A stretch of DNA of 64,000 bases from Octopus sinensis (taxonomy: Eukaryota), in assembly GCF_006345805.1 (NCBI RefSeq), contig NC_043002.1, positions 100,564,001 through 100,628,000 on the forward strand. Reading direction: 5' to 3'. The notes under the pieces were generated by a model. The model was not told the origin of the DNA and ran no database searches. It saw nothing but the letters and a program-made list of their open reading frames with translations. The position numbers were made by a program, and so were the translations under genes. Position 1 is the first letter of the stretch. Every line of letters starts with the position of its first letter. Below, piece by piece: positions 1 through 13,689 of the stretch.

Positions 1-266
1 GAATCTGAAAACAGAAACAATTCCTATCATAGTAGGTGCATTAGGCATGATAAAAAAATATTCAGACAAATACATAACAAAAACACCAGGACTTACAAAC
101 ACATATATCATACAGAAAATTGCACTACTAGGCACTGCACACATCCTACGCAGAGCACTTTCCATACAATAACCATCAGAGCATCACAACAAATCACAGC
201 ACATACCCAAGGCACACAGAGCTGCGCTCGGTAGTGAAGTGAAAGCACGCTATAAAAATAAAACTA

Positions 267-269
<3 letters not shown>
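1..269 (+). mobile_element. 3' end of an R4/Dong-like non-LTR retrotransposon (RLE C-terminus plus 3' UTR), cut by the window edge
   Basis: Frame 2..172 reads NLKTETIPIIVGALGMIKKYSDKYITKTPGLTNTYIIQKIALLGTAHILRRALSIQ*, homologous to the C-terminus of ORF 1789..2829; followed by a UTR and a (TAA)n tail. Confidence 0.9.

Positions 270-319
<50 letters not shown>
270..319 (+). repeat. (TAA)n microsatellite; tail of the first LINE and target of the second
   Basis: About 17 perfect TAA units. Confidence 0.98.
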
Positions 320-321
<2 letters not shown>

Positions 322-3026
322 TGTTCAAAAATGACACCAAGAATTTTTATAGGAAGATAGGAAAAACAGCGTTTACTGCAAGGTCCCTACCATCAAAAGA
401 AGAAGTGCAGGGATTTTGGAATAAAATCTGGGCAGAAGAAAAAACACACAACGAAAAGGCCCCCTGGATTGACAGAATATCTACAGAACTGGACCCCTTA
501 GAAGAGCAAAAGTGGGAGGGTTTCAAGGTAGAAGATATAAGATCTGCTCTCAGGAGGTCAAGCAAATGGAAGTCTCCAGGAAAGGATAAAATTCCTAACT
601 TCTGGCTGAATGCCTTCCCAGAGAGCCATGAACTGCTAACAGAACTGTACAATGATGTTTTGCAACACCCTAGTAGGATGCCTCCTTGGCTAGTTAATGG
701 GTTAACATTCCTGCTTCCAAAAAGTGAAGAAACAAATGAACCAAAAATCTATAGACCCATAACCTGCTTAACAACTATGTACAAAACACTAACATCTGTC
801 CTGACGGAATATACCTATAGTTTTTTAACAGACAGTAGCATATTCCCTAATGAACAGAAAGGATGTAAACGTGGATCCTACGGCTGTAAAGACCAACTAC
901 TCATCAATAAGATGATCTTAGAAGATTGTCACAAACGACACAAAAACTTATCAATAGCCTGGATAGACTATAAAAAGGCTTTTGATAGCCTACCACATAG
1001 CTGGATTAGGAAATGCCTGGAAATGTATAAGATAGCACCTACTCTGCGAAACTTCTTGACTGTAAGTATGAGATCATGGAGAACCACACTAACTCTGAAC
1101 AGTGACAATGAATCCCTAAATGCTGGTGATGTAAAAATTTCGTGTGGCATTTTCCAGGGTGACTCACTGTCACCACTCCTCTTTTGTTTATCCTTAATAC
1201 CTCTCTCAAAGCTGCTCAATGACGCGCAGTACGGGTATAAAACGTTTGATAAAAATATAAATCATCTCATTTACATGGATGATTTAAAGCTTTTTGCAAA
1301 AAATGACCAACAACTCAAGGGCTTACTAGCGATAGTCAAACAATTCAGTGACGACATCAGAATGCAATTCGGCCTCGATAAATGTGCAAAGGCTACCTTT
1401 ATCAAAGGAAAAATGACAGAAACATCTAACGTTAACCTTGACCAGCAGAATGTCATAAAAGAACTAGACCCAGCGGAGAGCTACAAGTACCTAGGGGTAA
1501 TTGAAGGGAACGGAATAAGGCATTCAGAGATGAAGGAAAGGATCAGGAGAGAATGCTATCGAAGGGTGAGAGCAATACTCAAGACAGAGCTGAATGCAAG
1601 AAACAGGATCGAAGCGATCAATGCATTAGCCATACCAGTCGTGACTTACAGTTTCAATATTGTTAACTGGTCAATTACTGAAATATGTCAGCTCGACAGA
1701 AAAATAAGGAAACTGTTGACAATGCATAGAATGCACCACCCTAAGGCAGATACAGAACGACTCTATCTGCCAAGAAAAGAGGGAGGCCGTGGTTCTTTTG
1801 CAACTGGCAATAACAATGAAGATTGCTACAATTGGCCTAGACACCTACCTGAAAAACTCTGAGGACAGGATGTTAAAACTTGTCTCAAAACATGAAAACA
1901 AGAAAGCATCATACTCAGTCACAAAACAGGCAAAGGAATATCTACGTGAATTCCGAATACAACCAATTTCGGAACTAGAGATAGATATACAAGAAACAAG
2001 CACAGAAAAAGCTAGGCGCATGAAAACCCGTGCCAAAACTGCGGCCTTAGATATTCTGAATAATAAATGGCAAGAAAAACCTCTCTATAAATACCCAAAG
2101 AGAGCGAATAATGCATATATCGACAAAGCCCTGACCCATCAATGGCTAATGGCCTCTGGCTTAAAATCTGAAACAGAGGGGTTTATCATAGCAGCTCAAG
2201 ATCAATGCCTACCAACAAGAAACTACCAGGCCAACATATTAAAGAACGGCAGTAGCCCAACATGTCGTGTATGCCGACAACAAAATGAAACCATTGACCA
2301 TGTTGTCTCTAAATGCAGTCTTCTAGCGCCTACAGAGTACCTCAGTAGGCATGATAGAGCTGCACAATATATTCACTGGGTAATTTGCAAAAACCTGGAT
2401 TTGCCCCATGAAAAAAACTGGTGGGAACACAATCCACCTCCTGTGCTTGAAAATGACCACATCTCACTCCTCTGGAACTTCACCATTCAAACTGACAGGA
2501 AGATAGATGCAAATAGACCAGACATTATATTGAAAGACTTCAGACAAAGAACATGCCTCCTCATTGATATGACTGTCCCAATCGATATAAACGTATCTGT
2601 CAAGACCTACCAAAAACTGAGCAAATATAAAGATCTTGAAATAGAAATCAGCAAAATGTGGAAGCTGAAGACTAAAACAATACCTGTTGTCATAGGTGCC
2701 CAGGGAATGATAGCGAAAGGGACTGATTGCTACCTAACTCAGATACCAGGAAACCCCAAAATGGCAGAAATTCAAAAGATAGTGCTCATGGGAACTGCTC
2801 ATATCCTACGCAAAATACTCTCTATGTAATCCCAAGGTTTAAAACAAACTTCTCTTTTTTTTTTTATTTATTTATTTTTTATTTTTATGTATTAGACATT
2901 CACTAGTACAACACCAAAAAAAAAAAAAACCAAATATATGGCACAGAACTTCCAACCTGTTGTCTCTTGAGGTCTCTGGGTGAGACTTGGAGCCAACTTG
3001 TACAGACATAAAGCAAAAGTCAAACA

Positions 3027-3027
<1 letters not shown>
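320..3027 (+). mobile_element. 5'-truncated R4/Dong-like non-LTR retrotransposon (RT + CCHC + restriction-like endonuclease)
   Basis: RT motifs YRPITCL, QKG, WIDYKKAFDS, GIFQGDSLSP, YMDD (1272-1283); CCHC CRVCRQQNETIDHVVSKC; RLE RPDII..D..P..K..KY; flanked on both sides by (TAA)n. Confidence 0.95.
321..2829 (+). pseudogene. LINE ORF broken by one +1 frameshift near 1793
   Basis: ORFs 321..1862 and 1789..2829 overlap; removing one T in GGCCGTGGTTCTTTTGCAA restores ...EGGRGLLQL... Confidence 0.9.

Positions 3028-3079
<52 letters not shown>
3028..3079 (+). repeat. (TAA)n tail of the second LINE
   Basis: About 17 TAA units directly after the 3' UTR. Confidence 0.97.
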
Positions 3080-3124
3080 GATGATAAGAATGATTTCAAA
3101 TGTTGTATCAGCATGCTCGTTTTA

Positions 3125-3270
3125 TGTCGATCCCAGTGGACAACAGGTACTTATTTTATCTACTTCCAAGGAATGAAAGGTATAGTCGACCTCAGTGGAA
3201 TTTGAATTCAGAACGTAAAGACGGACGAAATGCAACTACGTATTTTGTCCGCCGTGGTAACGATTCTAAT
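3125..3270 (-). mobile_element. tRNA-derived SINE family A, diverged copy
   Basis: Reverse complement matches the GTTCTGAGTTCAAATTCC...GAGGTCGAC core of the copy at 48031. Confidence 0.75.
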
Positions 3271-4686
3271 AATAATATTAAATATTAATATTAAAGCCTT
3301 CTTAGGAGGTCAGCAGTACTTGTATATCTTTAGAGACCCAGTTGGCCTCAGGCTCACCATAATTTTCATCTCTTACCCATATTGTGCCACGTAACTTACA
3401 GTGAGCCAGCAGAAGTCAATGTTGTCTCCGATGTCGTTCTTGCTGATCTCAGTATTTCTTTGTCTCCTACATTGTGGGATTCTTTTAGGAACAATTGTAT
3501 GGCTAACTCGGCTTGTTTTTTCACGCCATCTTCCGTTTTAAAATCAATGCACGTAATTCCTTATAATACAGATCTTATACTACATATCGTCCATATGGAC
3601 CTTACTCCACATGTTGAGCGTGTTACATCCACCATCTGTTTAGAGAGAAAATCATAGGGCCTGCACATATGGCAATGCCGAAACAGAAAACTGCATTCCA
3701 TCTTTCTCCTGCTTGTATGAGAGCTTCGGGCAGAAACGTACTTGTTTTCGTCACGTAGTGCAACCATATATTTGCTTTTCATCTGATTCTTTACAGCCAA
3801 CCTTCAGTAGCTGCAGGCTGAGTTTGTAAAGAATGAGCGTAGCTTTCCAATTATATTTTTCAGACTGAAATTTATAGACTTACTTTTCCTTGGTACAATG
3901 TGTGTGTGTGAATGCGTTGTATCAGCATACTCGTTGTTGTTGTAGTTAATTTTTCACTGCTGATGTTCAAATCGGCATTACCACTCTTATCTATAAAAAA
4001 AATTTAACACATTTTCTGTCTACCTTTTTTGGTATTAGTGAGGCGGAGAAGCCTTATATTCCAGATTAGCAGTAAAGCTGAGTGCGCTTTGAAATAGGGT
4101 ACAATTATAAAAAGAAAACTTCCATTAAATTCAAGCGCAGTAAAGCTTATTAAACTACAGAACTCCTTCAAATACCCCCGTTCTATTGAAAACACAAATG
4201 AAATTGCAATAATAATAATAATAACAATAATAATAATGTTGCGTCTTCTCTCACAGAAAATAACCACATTGAATTAATAACATATGCTATTTTTTTTCTA
4301 AGTGAGAAAAATGAAACAGAGGTTGTGTTTCGTGGATTCAAATGAAGCGCTTTATACTTGTCTTCTTATAGTCTCTCTCGTTTGTTGTTAGTTTCGTTTA
4401 AAGAAAGCATTCAAAACGGATATTAGGTTTTTCGACTATATTATTGTTGTTGTTGTTGCTATGTTTTTCTTCGACTTGAATTCTTTCAAAAATTCCATCT
4501 ATGTCACTCTGGTTACGTTTTCTACTTCCTTCCGTCTTTTTAGTAATGTTTCCTTGCAGTTTTTTTTTTCCCCTTTCTTCTTAGTCGCTTTGTAATTATT
4601 TTCTAATTCATTTTTGCTTTGTTTTTTTTCGTATTGTTCCTTTTCTTTACTCTACACTTCTTGCTTGTTCTTTCACTTTGTCCTTC

Positions 4687-4722
<36 letters not shown>

Positions 4723-4871
4723 GTACACGTACACATACACTGTCTCTTATCCACTCTGCTTTTCTATTTAATCAATCCTATTTTTCCCATATCTGAGGAG
4801 GATTTCGTTGTAAACAATCTCTTTTGTCTGAACCATAATCCCTATTTACTTTACTATTGCTACTGCTGCTG

Positions 4872-4928
<57 letters not shown>

Positions 4929-5028
4929 TACTACTACTACTATTACTACTACTACTACGTATTATCAATCGCTCTGTCTCTCTCTATCTCTATCTCTCTT
5001 TCCTTAAATGTGTGTGTGTATACATACA

Positions 5029-5114
<86 letters not shown>

Positions 5115-5280
5115 CACTATGACGTCTCGGATACCAACTGATGGGGAAGTCAGCTGTGAATGTTCCTTGTATCGTGTTTTTGTCTCCCTTTTTGTGTCCC
5201 CTATGTTCTCGCCCAGCTTTCGTGTAGTTTCCTTTTTCTGTCTAACTTTTGATATATATATTCTTTTATTGTTTTATTCT

Positions 5281-5630
<350 letters not shown>

Positions 5631-5632
5631 TA

Positions 5633-5770
5633 TATTCACATCCATTTTGATCTGTCAGTCTGCTAACATGTACACACGACTGCGCAGACAGGCATCTTTT
5701 CAAATTTTCCAATTAAAACATGCACTCAAAGACAAGCGCACAAGCGCGTGTGCACGAACGTACGCACAGA
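5633..5770. repeat. Unclassified ~135 bp interspersed repeat, copy 1 (copy 2 at 9046-9180)
   Basis: TTCACATCCATTTTGATC.GTCAGTCT.CTAACATG..CAGACAGGCATCTTTTCAAATTTTC.AATTAA.ACATGCACTCAAAGACAAGC is shared by both copies. Confidence 0.85.
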
Positions 5771-6025
5771 TGTAAACATATGCACATTCACAGCCATATA
5801 TGTATATCTATACACGCATTCACATTTTCCCTGGAATTTGGTCTCCGTATTACCCTCGTTCATATTTGTGTCCCCTAATCTCTCTGTATGTCACTCTTTT
5901 TATAAAGTTCTAGTTTCCCAACACCTTCCTTACTTGTCAGTTACATAGAATTACATTTATACGTGCGAATAGGAACATTCCCTTACACATCTCTTTCACA
6001 ATTATATGCAATCATAATCACGCAG

Positions 6026-6078
<53 letters not shown>

Positions 6079-6204
6079 CATTCTCCCTCTTTCTCTTTCT
6101 CTCTCTTTCTTAATGTAGCTGTGTGTGTTTGTATCAGCCACGTTACTATCTCTCCTCTTTTCCCCAAACCATTGTCCTGGTACCTATACATTGTCGACTG
6201 CTCA

Positions 6205-6395
6205 CACTAGATTTGCCAACCGGTGTTGGTACGTTTACATCCCAGTAACTTTGCGCTTCGGCAATGAGACCGATAGAATGTGCTAGGCTTAACCATTAAG
6301 TCTTTGGGGTCGATTTGCTCGACTAAAAATGCTTCAAAACAATGCTCCAGCATGGCCGCAGTCAATTGACTGAAACAAGTAAGGGAATAAAAGAA
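6205..6395 (+). mobile_element. SINE family B, 3' half
   Basis: GGGGTCGATTTGCTCGACTAAA..TGCTCCAGCATGGCCGCAGTCAA.TGACTGAAACAAGTAA is the reverse complement of family B minus copies. Confidence 0.8.
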
Positions 6396-6846
6396 TATGT
6401 CAAAGTGCATGACCTTGGGGTTAGACTGTTGACCACATGCTTGCTAAATCGTGGGGTCGATTCCCAAATCTATCGGCACGTTGCGCTCTTAAACAAAACA
6501 CGTTGGCAGGAATGCATTACGGTATAGTTTCTGGCTTTCTACCTGGCAGTGCCCCGGCATACCCGAAGTCTTTGGGCTCAAATGCATAACAGAATACAAG
6601 AATACATATATATATATATACATACATACATATATGTGTGTGTGTGTGTGTGTATGTATACATATATGTACGTATGTGTTCCAAAACCTCCCTCGGGAAT
6701 AATTAAGATCTCAAAAAAAATACATATCGGCCACAGAAACCCGCGATATACTGAGGAGTCTGTGATATAAAATTAGTTATAATTAGCCAGAAAATCCACA
6801 ATGTACTGAGTGCGTGATAGGTGAACCGATATGTGGCGACGGATTA

Positions 6847-6905
<59 letters not shown>

Positions 6906-6910
<5 letters not shown>

Positions 6911-7198
6911 GTGAAATAGAAAGATGAATAATCTTGTAGTAGATTAATCAAAAGTTTAACCGATACCTTAGTAGCAAAAATCACAGCAGTAAACAGCACG
7001 GTTGGAGGTACAACCATCTGGCGTTGCAACCGTGCGTTGGTGCGGATAATTGAAATTAAAACATTATTGGTGAATTGAAGAAATGGAGCTGAACGCAGAT
7101 TGAACAGAAATCGTTTTATTTCATTCTACACGTGTTTCGAAAGGCACAAATTACCAAAATCCGATCTGCGTTCAGCTCCATTTCTTCAATTCACCAAT

Positions 7199-7207
<9 letters not shown>
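6906..7207. mobile_element. Penelope-like (pLTR-type) fragment with a perfect 44 bp inverted repeat, embedded in (TA)n
   Basis: IR arms 7057-7100 and 7164-7207; the loop carries a half hammerhead on - (GAAACACGTGTA, palindromic stem III); deleted sibling at 25746-25873. Confidence 0.6.
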
Positions 7208-7288
<81 letters not shown>

Positions 7289-7306
7289 ATATGTTTGCAT
7301 GTATAT

Positions 7307-7337
<31 letters not shown>

Positions 7338-7585
7338 GTATGTATTCATAGTGTGTATGCTATACACATTTTTTATATTTGAAATGAAAAGTCCAACGAA
7401 CCATTCATTAAAGCAACTCTACTTGAGCGCACCTGAGTATGTGTGTGTGTCGATTTGCGTATTGGTGTATGTATACATGATATATACATACACACCACAC
7501 ACACACACACACATATATATATATACACAGTGTATATACACAGTGTACACAGATATTTGTATATACATATACGTGCAGTATACAC

Positions 7586-7635
<50 letters not shown>

Positions 7636-7782
7636 TAAATTAGATAAAGTTAATTGACATATAACAAACTAATGTGACAGAAATATTCATGACAATTTCA
7701 CAATGCTAATTGTCGCGTTTTGTACTATTATTAATTTAACTCAATCAATTTTCTTTACTTGTAATTTTCTTTTATCTTTCAG

Positions 7783-7834
7783 TATCGTGGGAGTGGAATA
7801 TGTACCGCTATCTTACCTACATCTTGAAGAACTA
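7783..7834 (+). CDS. BAIAP3: BAIAP3/Munc13-4-family exon 1 in window (phase 2 to 0): IVGVEYVPLSYLHLEEL
   Basis: ttttatctttcag acceptor, gtaagt donor; joins in frame to the next exon; recalled similarity to the BAIAP3 segment before MHD1. Confidence 0.8.
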
Positions 7835-8297
7835 GTAAGTATTCCTTTACACACCCGTATCAAATTACATTTATTTATTTTTAATTGAAAATCCGTCTCC
7901 GCACACCATATATGTCTTTGTAGATGAAGAACATCCTCTTCGAGAACTTTTTGTTAGTTGGCTTGCTTTTTTCACTCTAGAATGACATGCTGAAGAAAAG
8001 AAATATTGTTTGTAAATATTTTACGGGTTTTTACTTCGCTGATAATATTTACTCTAAAGCTGTAATAACGTTAATAACTAATTCTAAATTTATTAATATT
8101 GCACGAAAGTTTCCAGGGACACAACTTGCATCTAAAGCAGTGCAGATCGTAGATAGACCTATTTATACAAAATGTATGTTAGGCTGCCTTAAGGAGAAAC
8201 AGAAATTCTAATAGAAGTAATTGAGATGTTGGCAAGTAATTAACACCAAGTAACTCGTTGATTTAAAATTGATGTCATCATTGCTGCGACTACAGAA

Positions 8298-8358
<61 letters not shown>

Positions 8359-8687
8359 CATCATCATCATCATCATCATCATTATTATTATCATTATTCC
8401 TTCAATACACAGAAAATACAAAACAAAAACCGAGCACTATACATAGTCAAGGTTTCTGAAAATGTTAGTATCGGCACAAACCTACACATTTGCCTACTCA
8501 GAGACATTTGTGAGGATGCTAGAAGTATTTCAAGGCAATACTTTTCTACTTTTTCATGTTATAGTTGTGCGCATATATATAATGCAAAAATGTGCATGAC
8601 TGCGTGTGATGAGTATATATATATATATATGCGAATGAGCGGACAACCGAAAGGCAATCAACACATCCATTGGGTGTTACATACATG

Positions 8688-9034
8688 GATCCAAACAGTT
8701 TGATTCAAATTCGTTGGTGCTCCGAGTTTCAAACGTGATGGTAATCTTCAGCCATTTGGAATTTCAATGAAAGAAGTTGATTGTTATTACTGCAAGGTGG
8801 GCTGTGATTGATCAAGGAAGGTCAAGTGTGTCGTAGTTTGATGTTGTTATATCGGTATATCAGCGACAACTGTTATACCAACATCAAACCACGACACTGC
8901 ATGACCGTCCTCGATCAATCGCATCCCACCTTACAATAATAACAATCAACATCTTTCTTTCAAATTCAATATAGCTGAAGATTAGCATCAAACTTGAAAC
9001 TCGGAGTACCAACAAATTTTAATCAAATTTGATC
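8688..9034. mobile_element. ~350 bp imperfect foldback with two head-to-head decayed hammerhead motifs
   Basis: Arms are reverse-complementary about a ~22 nt loop near 8860-8880; CTGAAGA 8975-8981 ... GAAACTCGGAGTA 8996-9008 on +, mirror at 8718-8751 on -. Confidence 0.8.
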
Positions 9035-9045
9035 TATATATATAT

Positions 9046-9180
9046 ATATTCACATCCATTTTGATCAGTCAGTCTACTAACATGCACGCACGACAACGCA
9101 GACAGGCATCTTTTCAAATTTTCAAATTAAGACATGCACTCAAAGACAAGCACGTGCGCACCAACATACGCACCCAGCTT
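9046..9180. repeat. Unclassified ~135 bp interspersed repeat, copy 2
   Basis: Direct match to 5633-5770. Confidence 0.85.
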
Positions 9181-9239
9181 TGTTATATATATATATATAT
9201 ATATATCAAAAATATGAATATGTAGTGTGTTAGTGTGCA

Positions 9240-9388
9240 TGGCTGGCCCAGATTGGACCAATCTCAAGTATAACCAGCCGAAATTGCAAAGATAATCTCG
9301 ACTGAGGAAAGAAAAAACTCCGAATGACCCGTCCTTGTTTTCTTTGTATTGTCTGTTTGGATGTTTTGCGTTCTTGTCCCAGTTTGTA
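9240..9388. repeat. Interspersed repeat fragment (Penelope-like?), sibling of 44716-44926
   Basis: CCAGATTGGA.CAATCTCAAG..TAA.CAGCCGAAATTGC..GGATGTTTTGCGTTCTTGTCCCA.TTTGTAT is shared. Confidence 0.7.
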
Positions 9389-9428
<40 letters not shown>

Positions 9429-9429
<1 letters not shown>

Positions 9430-9659
9430 TCAATATAAAATAGTGTACATTTAAACACAAGAGAAAGTATTTTTAACAGGTAATTTTACACGCTAGAAGA
9501 AGCTGTCAAAACGACCAAAACCACTGTTAAGAGCAATTTCAAAGAGAATAAATAGCTCTTAAATGTGGTTTCGGTCGTTTTGACTGCTTCTTTTACCGTG
9601 TAATTTACCTGTTAACTGTAGTTTCTCTTGTATTTAAATGTACACTATCTTATATTGAG
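9429..9659. mobile_element. ~230 bp foldback/MITE-like element
   Basis: Termini CTCAATATAAAATAGTGTACATTTAAA / TTTAAATGTACACTATCTTATATTGAG; arms pair to a ~20 nt loop. Confidence 0.85.
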
Positions 9660-9828
9660 AATATATTGTCTATTTACTTTTTATACATGCTAGGCCACTG
9701 GAAGTGAAATTTCTAAAAATATTCGCTACCCAATATTTTTCATGTTTTATATATATATGTGTGTGTGTGTCTGTGCGTGTGTATGTTTATATGAATGTAT
9801 GTATGAATGCATGTATGTATGTATGTGC

Positions 9829-9896
<68 letters not shown>

Positions 9897-12800
9897 GTGT
9901 ATGTGCTTGTGTACATATATATGGAGGTCAGTTCTATCATTACCACGATATAAAATCGCAATTATATTTAAGTAATAAATTTTCAGCAATCTCTAATGTG
10001 TTTCATTTTGACTTAATCTATAAAATAATAACTTATGTATGAAGAAATGACAACTTTTCATTTTGTTCACTTCCCCGCAAGAGATTTTAATATTTTGTTG
10101 AATATAAACTTTATCGGTAATTATTATATTCAATGTAAGTCGAAAGTAAGAATCATGAGCACTTATACATAAGTGAAGTATTAAGTAGTTGATATTACAT
10201 TCATTGGTTTTCAATTGTTTCAACAACCTTTAGCTATCAAATCAAACGTGTTGAAAGAATTGTAAATTATGCAATAAATATGTAAGCTATGTCGTAAAGG
10301 CAATCCAGTTACACCATTTGACACTTACTATTTATATTCCTCGACGGAAATAAATCTACGGGCTTTTCTGTTTACCTGAGACCTATGTTTTTACTGAAGA
10401 AATTATCCTTCTTACAATTTCAGACAGCCATCGGTAGCGGAAGTGCAACCTAAAGTAAACTCATAGATTATGTGATTGATTCCTTTTCAATCGATTCAAA
10501 ATAATTACAAGATGTAACTCTTCATAATGTATAGAAACACACAAACAGTAAATATTTTGTTGTTTCCTATAAGTCGATAAACCGACCAAATATTACATGT
10601 CATGTGTGTGTATGTGTGTCTAACATTCGAGTTATCCGCCCAGTCTTTCACACTATGCTTAAGCTGATTCTTTCAGGTTCGATTTCGCGTTGCTCCAAAT
10701 ATAAACTTTTGACAGACAGATCTATGTACAGGTAATTAGATAATCTCTAGATAATGATGATGAAATCTGTTGTCTAAAAATTGAATTAACTTCTAAATTT
10801 GAGTCGATTTTCCAACAGGTATTCTTACAACTAGTTGTTTATAGACTGCAGAAAGTTCCAGAATACAAAGCCAAGCAAAATTTTAAAAGTTAGTACCACA
10901 GAACAGCAAACTATTTTTACAGACAAAAAGAACCCTGACAATGTAGCACTCACGCTAAAGAGACTGTATGTAAATCTACTAACTTTGTCATTTCAAAGTC
11001 GTACAAAAGCAAAACGGGTGTTTGATATAACTTTGGTTATGATATTGAATAACGATTCTTTCGGTGGATTGAATCCATATTTAGTATGTATCAAACATGC
11101 TTCTCTCCATTTCCAACTAAGCCCACAAGTAAAGTAATGAAACAGATAAAGGAAAGAGATAAAAGATTAAGCTGGCAGCTTTATTAAATCATTCCCTTTG
11201 ATGGTGGTTGATAGAGTGTTGATTTTGAAGATTCTAGGTTGCTATCATATTTACTAAACACTCAAATGAGAGATAATATTCTCTGCGGTTATGCTTTTAC
11301 AGAGATGTTTTATTCCATTTGTTTACTTTGGTTGATGGAGAGAAACGGCTTTATTTGATATTTGACTGAAACATTCTTTTGTGGTCAATGTTTGGAGTAC
11401 CATTTCTACATCTTTTTATTTCAAATTTAAAGTGCAAATTCGTTGCTTAATCTTTATTTTAGGCGTTTCAGTGAAATGCTCCTTAGTGAAAGAGTTGAGA
11501 TTTTTAAAAATTCTGACATAAAGGAAACTAAATTTGTCTCATTATGTGTCTACATTTGGGGAACAAACCATGACTTCAGTACTCGTGATGAAGCTTTTAG
11601 CAGATTTCCAGGTCTTCCGAGGTATGGTAATGTGAGGTACTTTTGGTGGTTTTGATGTCAGAGGTCTCATATTTTGTAGACTTAGCCTGTTAGCCCGATG
11701 CCACTGCTGTGAAATATTTTAGAAAGATTGTGTAATTTATGCTGGGAGTACCTCTATGTTAGAGTAAATTCAGACAGCTCAGAATTAACCCTTGTAAATT
11801 ACTGTATCAGAGTTCGATACGAGATTTCAACAAGTTGGTTTGCCTGGAGAGCGATTAGTGTAACGATTCGAGCCGGGACGTTAGACACAGAATATAGAAA
11901 GGGAAATAAATTGTTATTGTCTTTGTTATGCAATTTCCAAACGAGGAGTCAGAACCGAAATGCTGAACTCCACTGTCTTCACGACAAATGAACATATACT
12001 GTAATTTCCAGTCTAAGTCTCTGAATCATAATCAGTTAGAATACTCCTATTGTGGATGATGATAATACTAACCGTCTGTGGCTACAAATGTCATTAACAC
12101 AGTTATTTTGTCTGTTTAATATACTTTAAAGTTCATTGACGGGTTTAGGTATTCTGTAATAACTTTGATGTTTTTTAACCGTGTTTTCGATATTTTTTCT
12201 CAACATTATTTTAGACAAAAGAGAATACACATATAGCCAAGTATTTCTTTCTTTTATTTTCGAAGATGTTTACCATTACTTTGCCGTCTTTGTGAATATC
12301 AAACTATGTGTTGATAAAAACATTGACTTCTCATATTGGCGATTCTAGTTTAAGTATAGAATGAAAATATATTGAAAAGCAAATGTAGAATGGATGTGTC
12401 AGGGAACGTAAATAGTTAACTCATTCATTTTTTTCTGTCGCAGTTAGAAACCTTTTTTTTTTTGGTTTTGATTTGACTGTTTTTGCATTTTTCTGGGGTT
12501 TTTATTGTTACTGATATTTAGTTCAGGGGCCAGATGTGTTTATACAGATATATGATGGAAAAAAGTTTTAAGTTTTTCAAAAATCATGTCTACGACCACT
12601 ATCGATGAAGATATCACCTTGTCAAAGATGACTCGATGGAATTTGAGGGGCTCTATACCATTATTTCTGGCAAGATGAATTAACACACTGGGGCTACGAC
12701 GTTGATCCCAAACTAGAAGTTATGTTGCTTATCACGTTTGGTACACGAAGAATGTTTGGGTAGAAATTGTATGATTATTTCGTTAACATTTTCAGCATTA

Positions 12801-13689
12801 ACGATTTAATAAAAAACGTTTACTTTAAATATTTGGTTGATATTTGAATTTATTTCGACAGACCATTTCCTTACTTAGCAAACATGTTATTACGTAGCAA
12901 CAGAGACAAGTATAAAGTTAATAACAGTTCATGCACAGTCCATCATGGATGCAGGATTTGTATATTTATAATAATAAAATAATTGTTGCTGGGCCAACCT
13001 AAATATTCATAAATCATCTTTTAGAATCCAAGAGAGATGCAATGTTTCAACGTCAGCCAGCTCTATATAGAGCAATTAAAAGAGGAAGAAGCTCTATTCA
13101 AAATCAGCTGCGAACTGCTTGAAGAGCCTCAACCTAATTAGAATGGAAGCAGGTATAGCACACTTTCCTTGGTAGAGAGGAGAATCGTTCTAAAAAAAAC
13201 TAACACGATCTGGTTGCTTTCCTGAAGTCGAAAGAGCAAAAGATATGGATACTGTCCTCGTGAACGGAAATATGTTTTGGTAACATGGTCGTCCTCATAT
13301 TTGGAACAGAGAACAACAGACATGTACACACGTATACGCCCCCTTCCTCTCACTCATACACACACACACACACATACACACACACATATAAAACATTTCA
13401 CCCTTCAGCCATGGCTGGCATCGATCCATGGGAGGAAGCTGTTCGTTTCCTGCCATAAAATGTAATAACTTTTCGTTACATTTCATTCCGGTCCCTTTTA
13501 CTCGCATCAAATCATCAATGAAGTATATATATATATATAGACCTTTAGCATAAATGAGATGCATTTCCGGTACGCATGTCTTAGGAGTCGTCAATATTGC
13601 GAAGTATAATAGTCAACACGGAAGCATCGGTAACATTTTGATTAGTCCTATACTATAATCAGTATTATATCGCTCGAACGATCGTAATG

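Noticed and set aside
9295-9335. CTGAGGA..CGAAT hammerhead-like motif (also CTGAAGA..CGAAT at 44789)
   Set aside because: Both copies have GAAU instead of GAAA, and no complementary stem I could be formed
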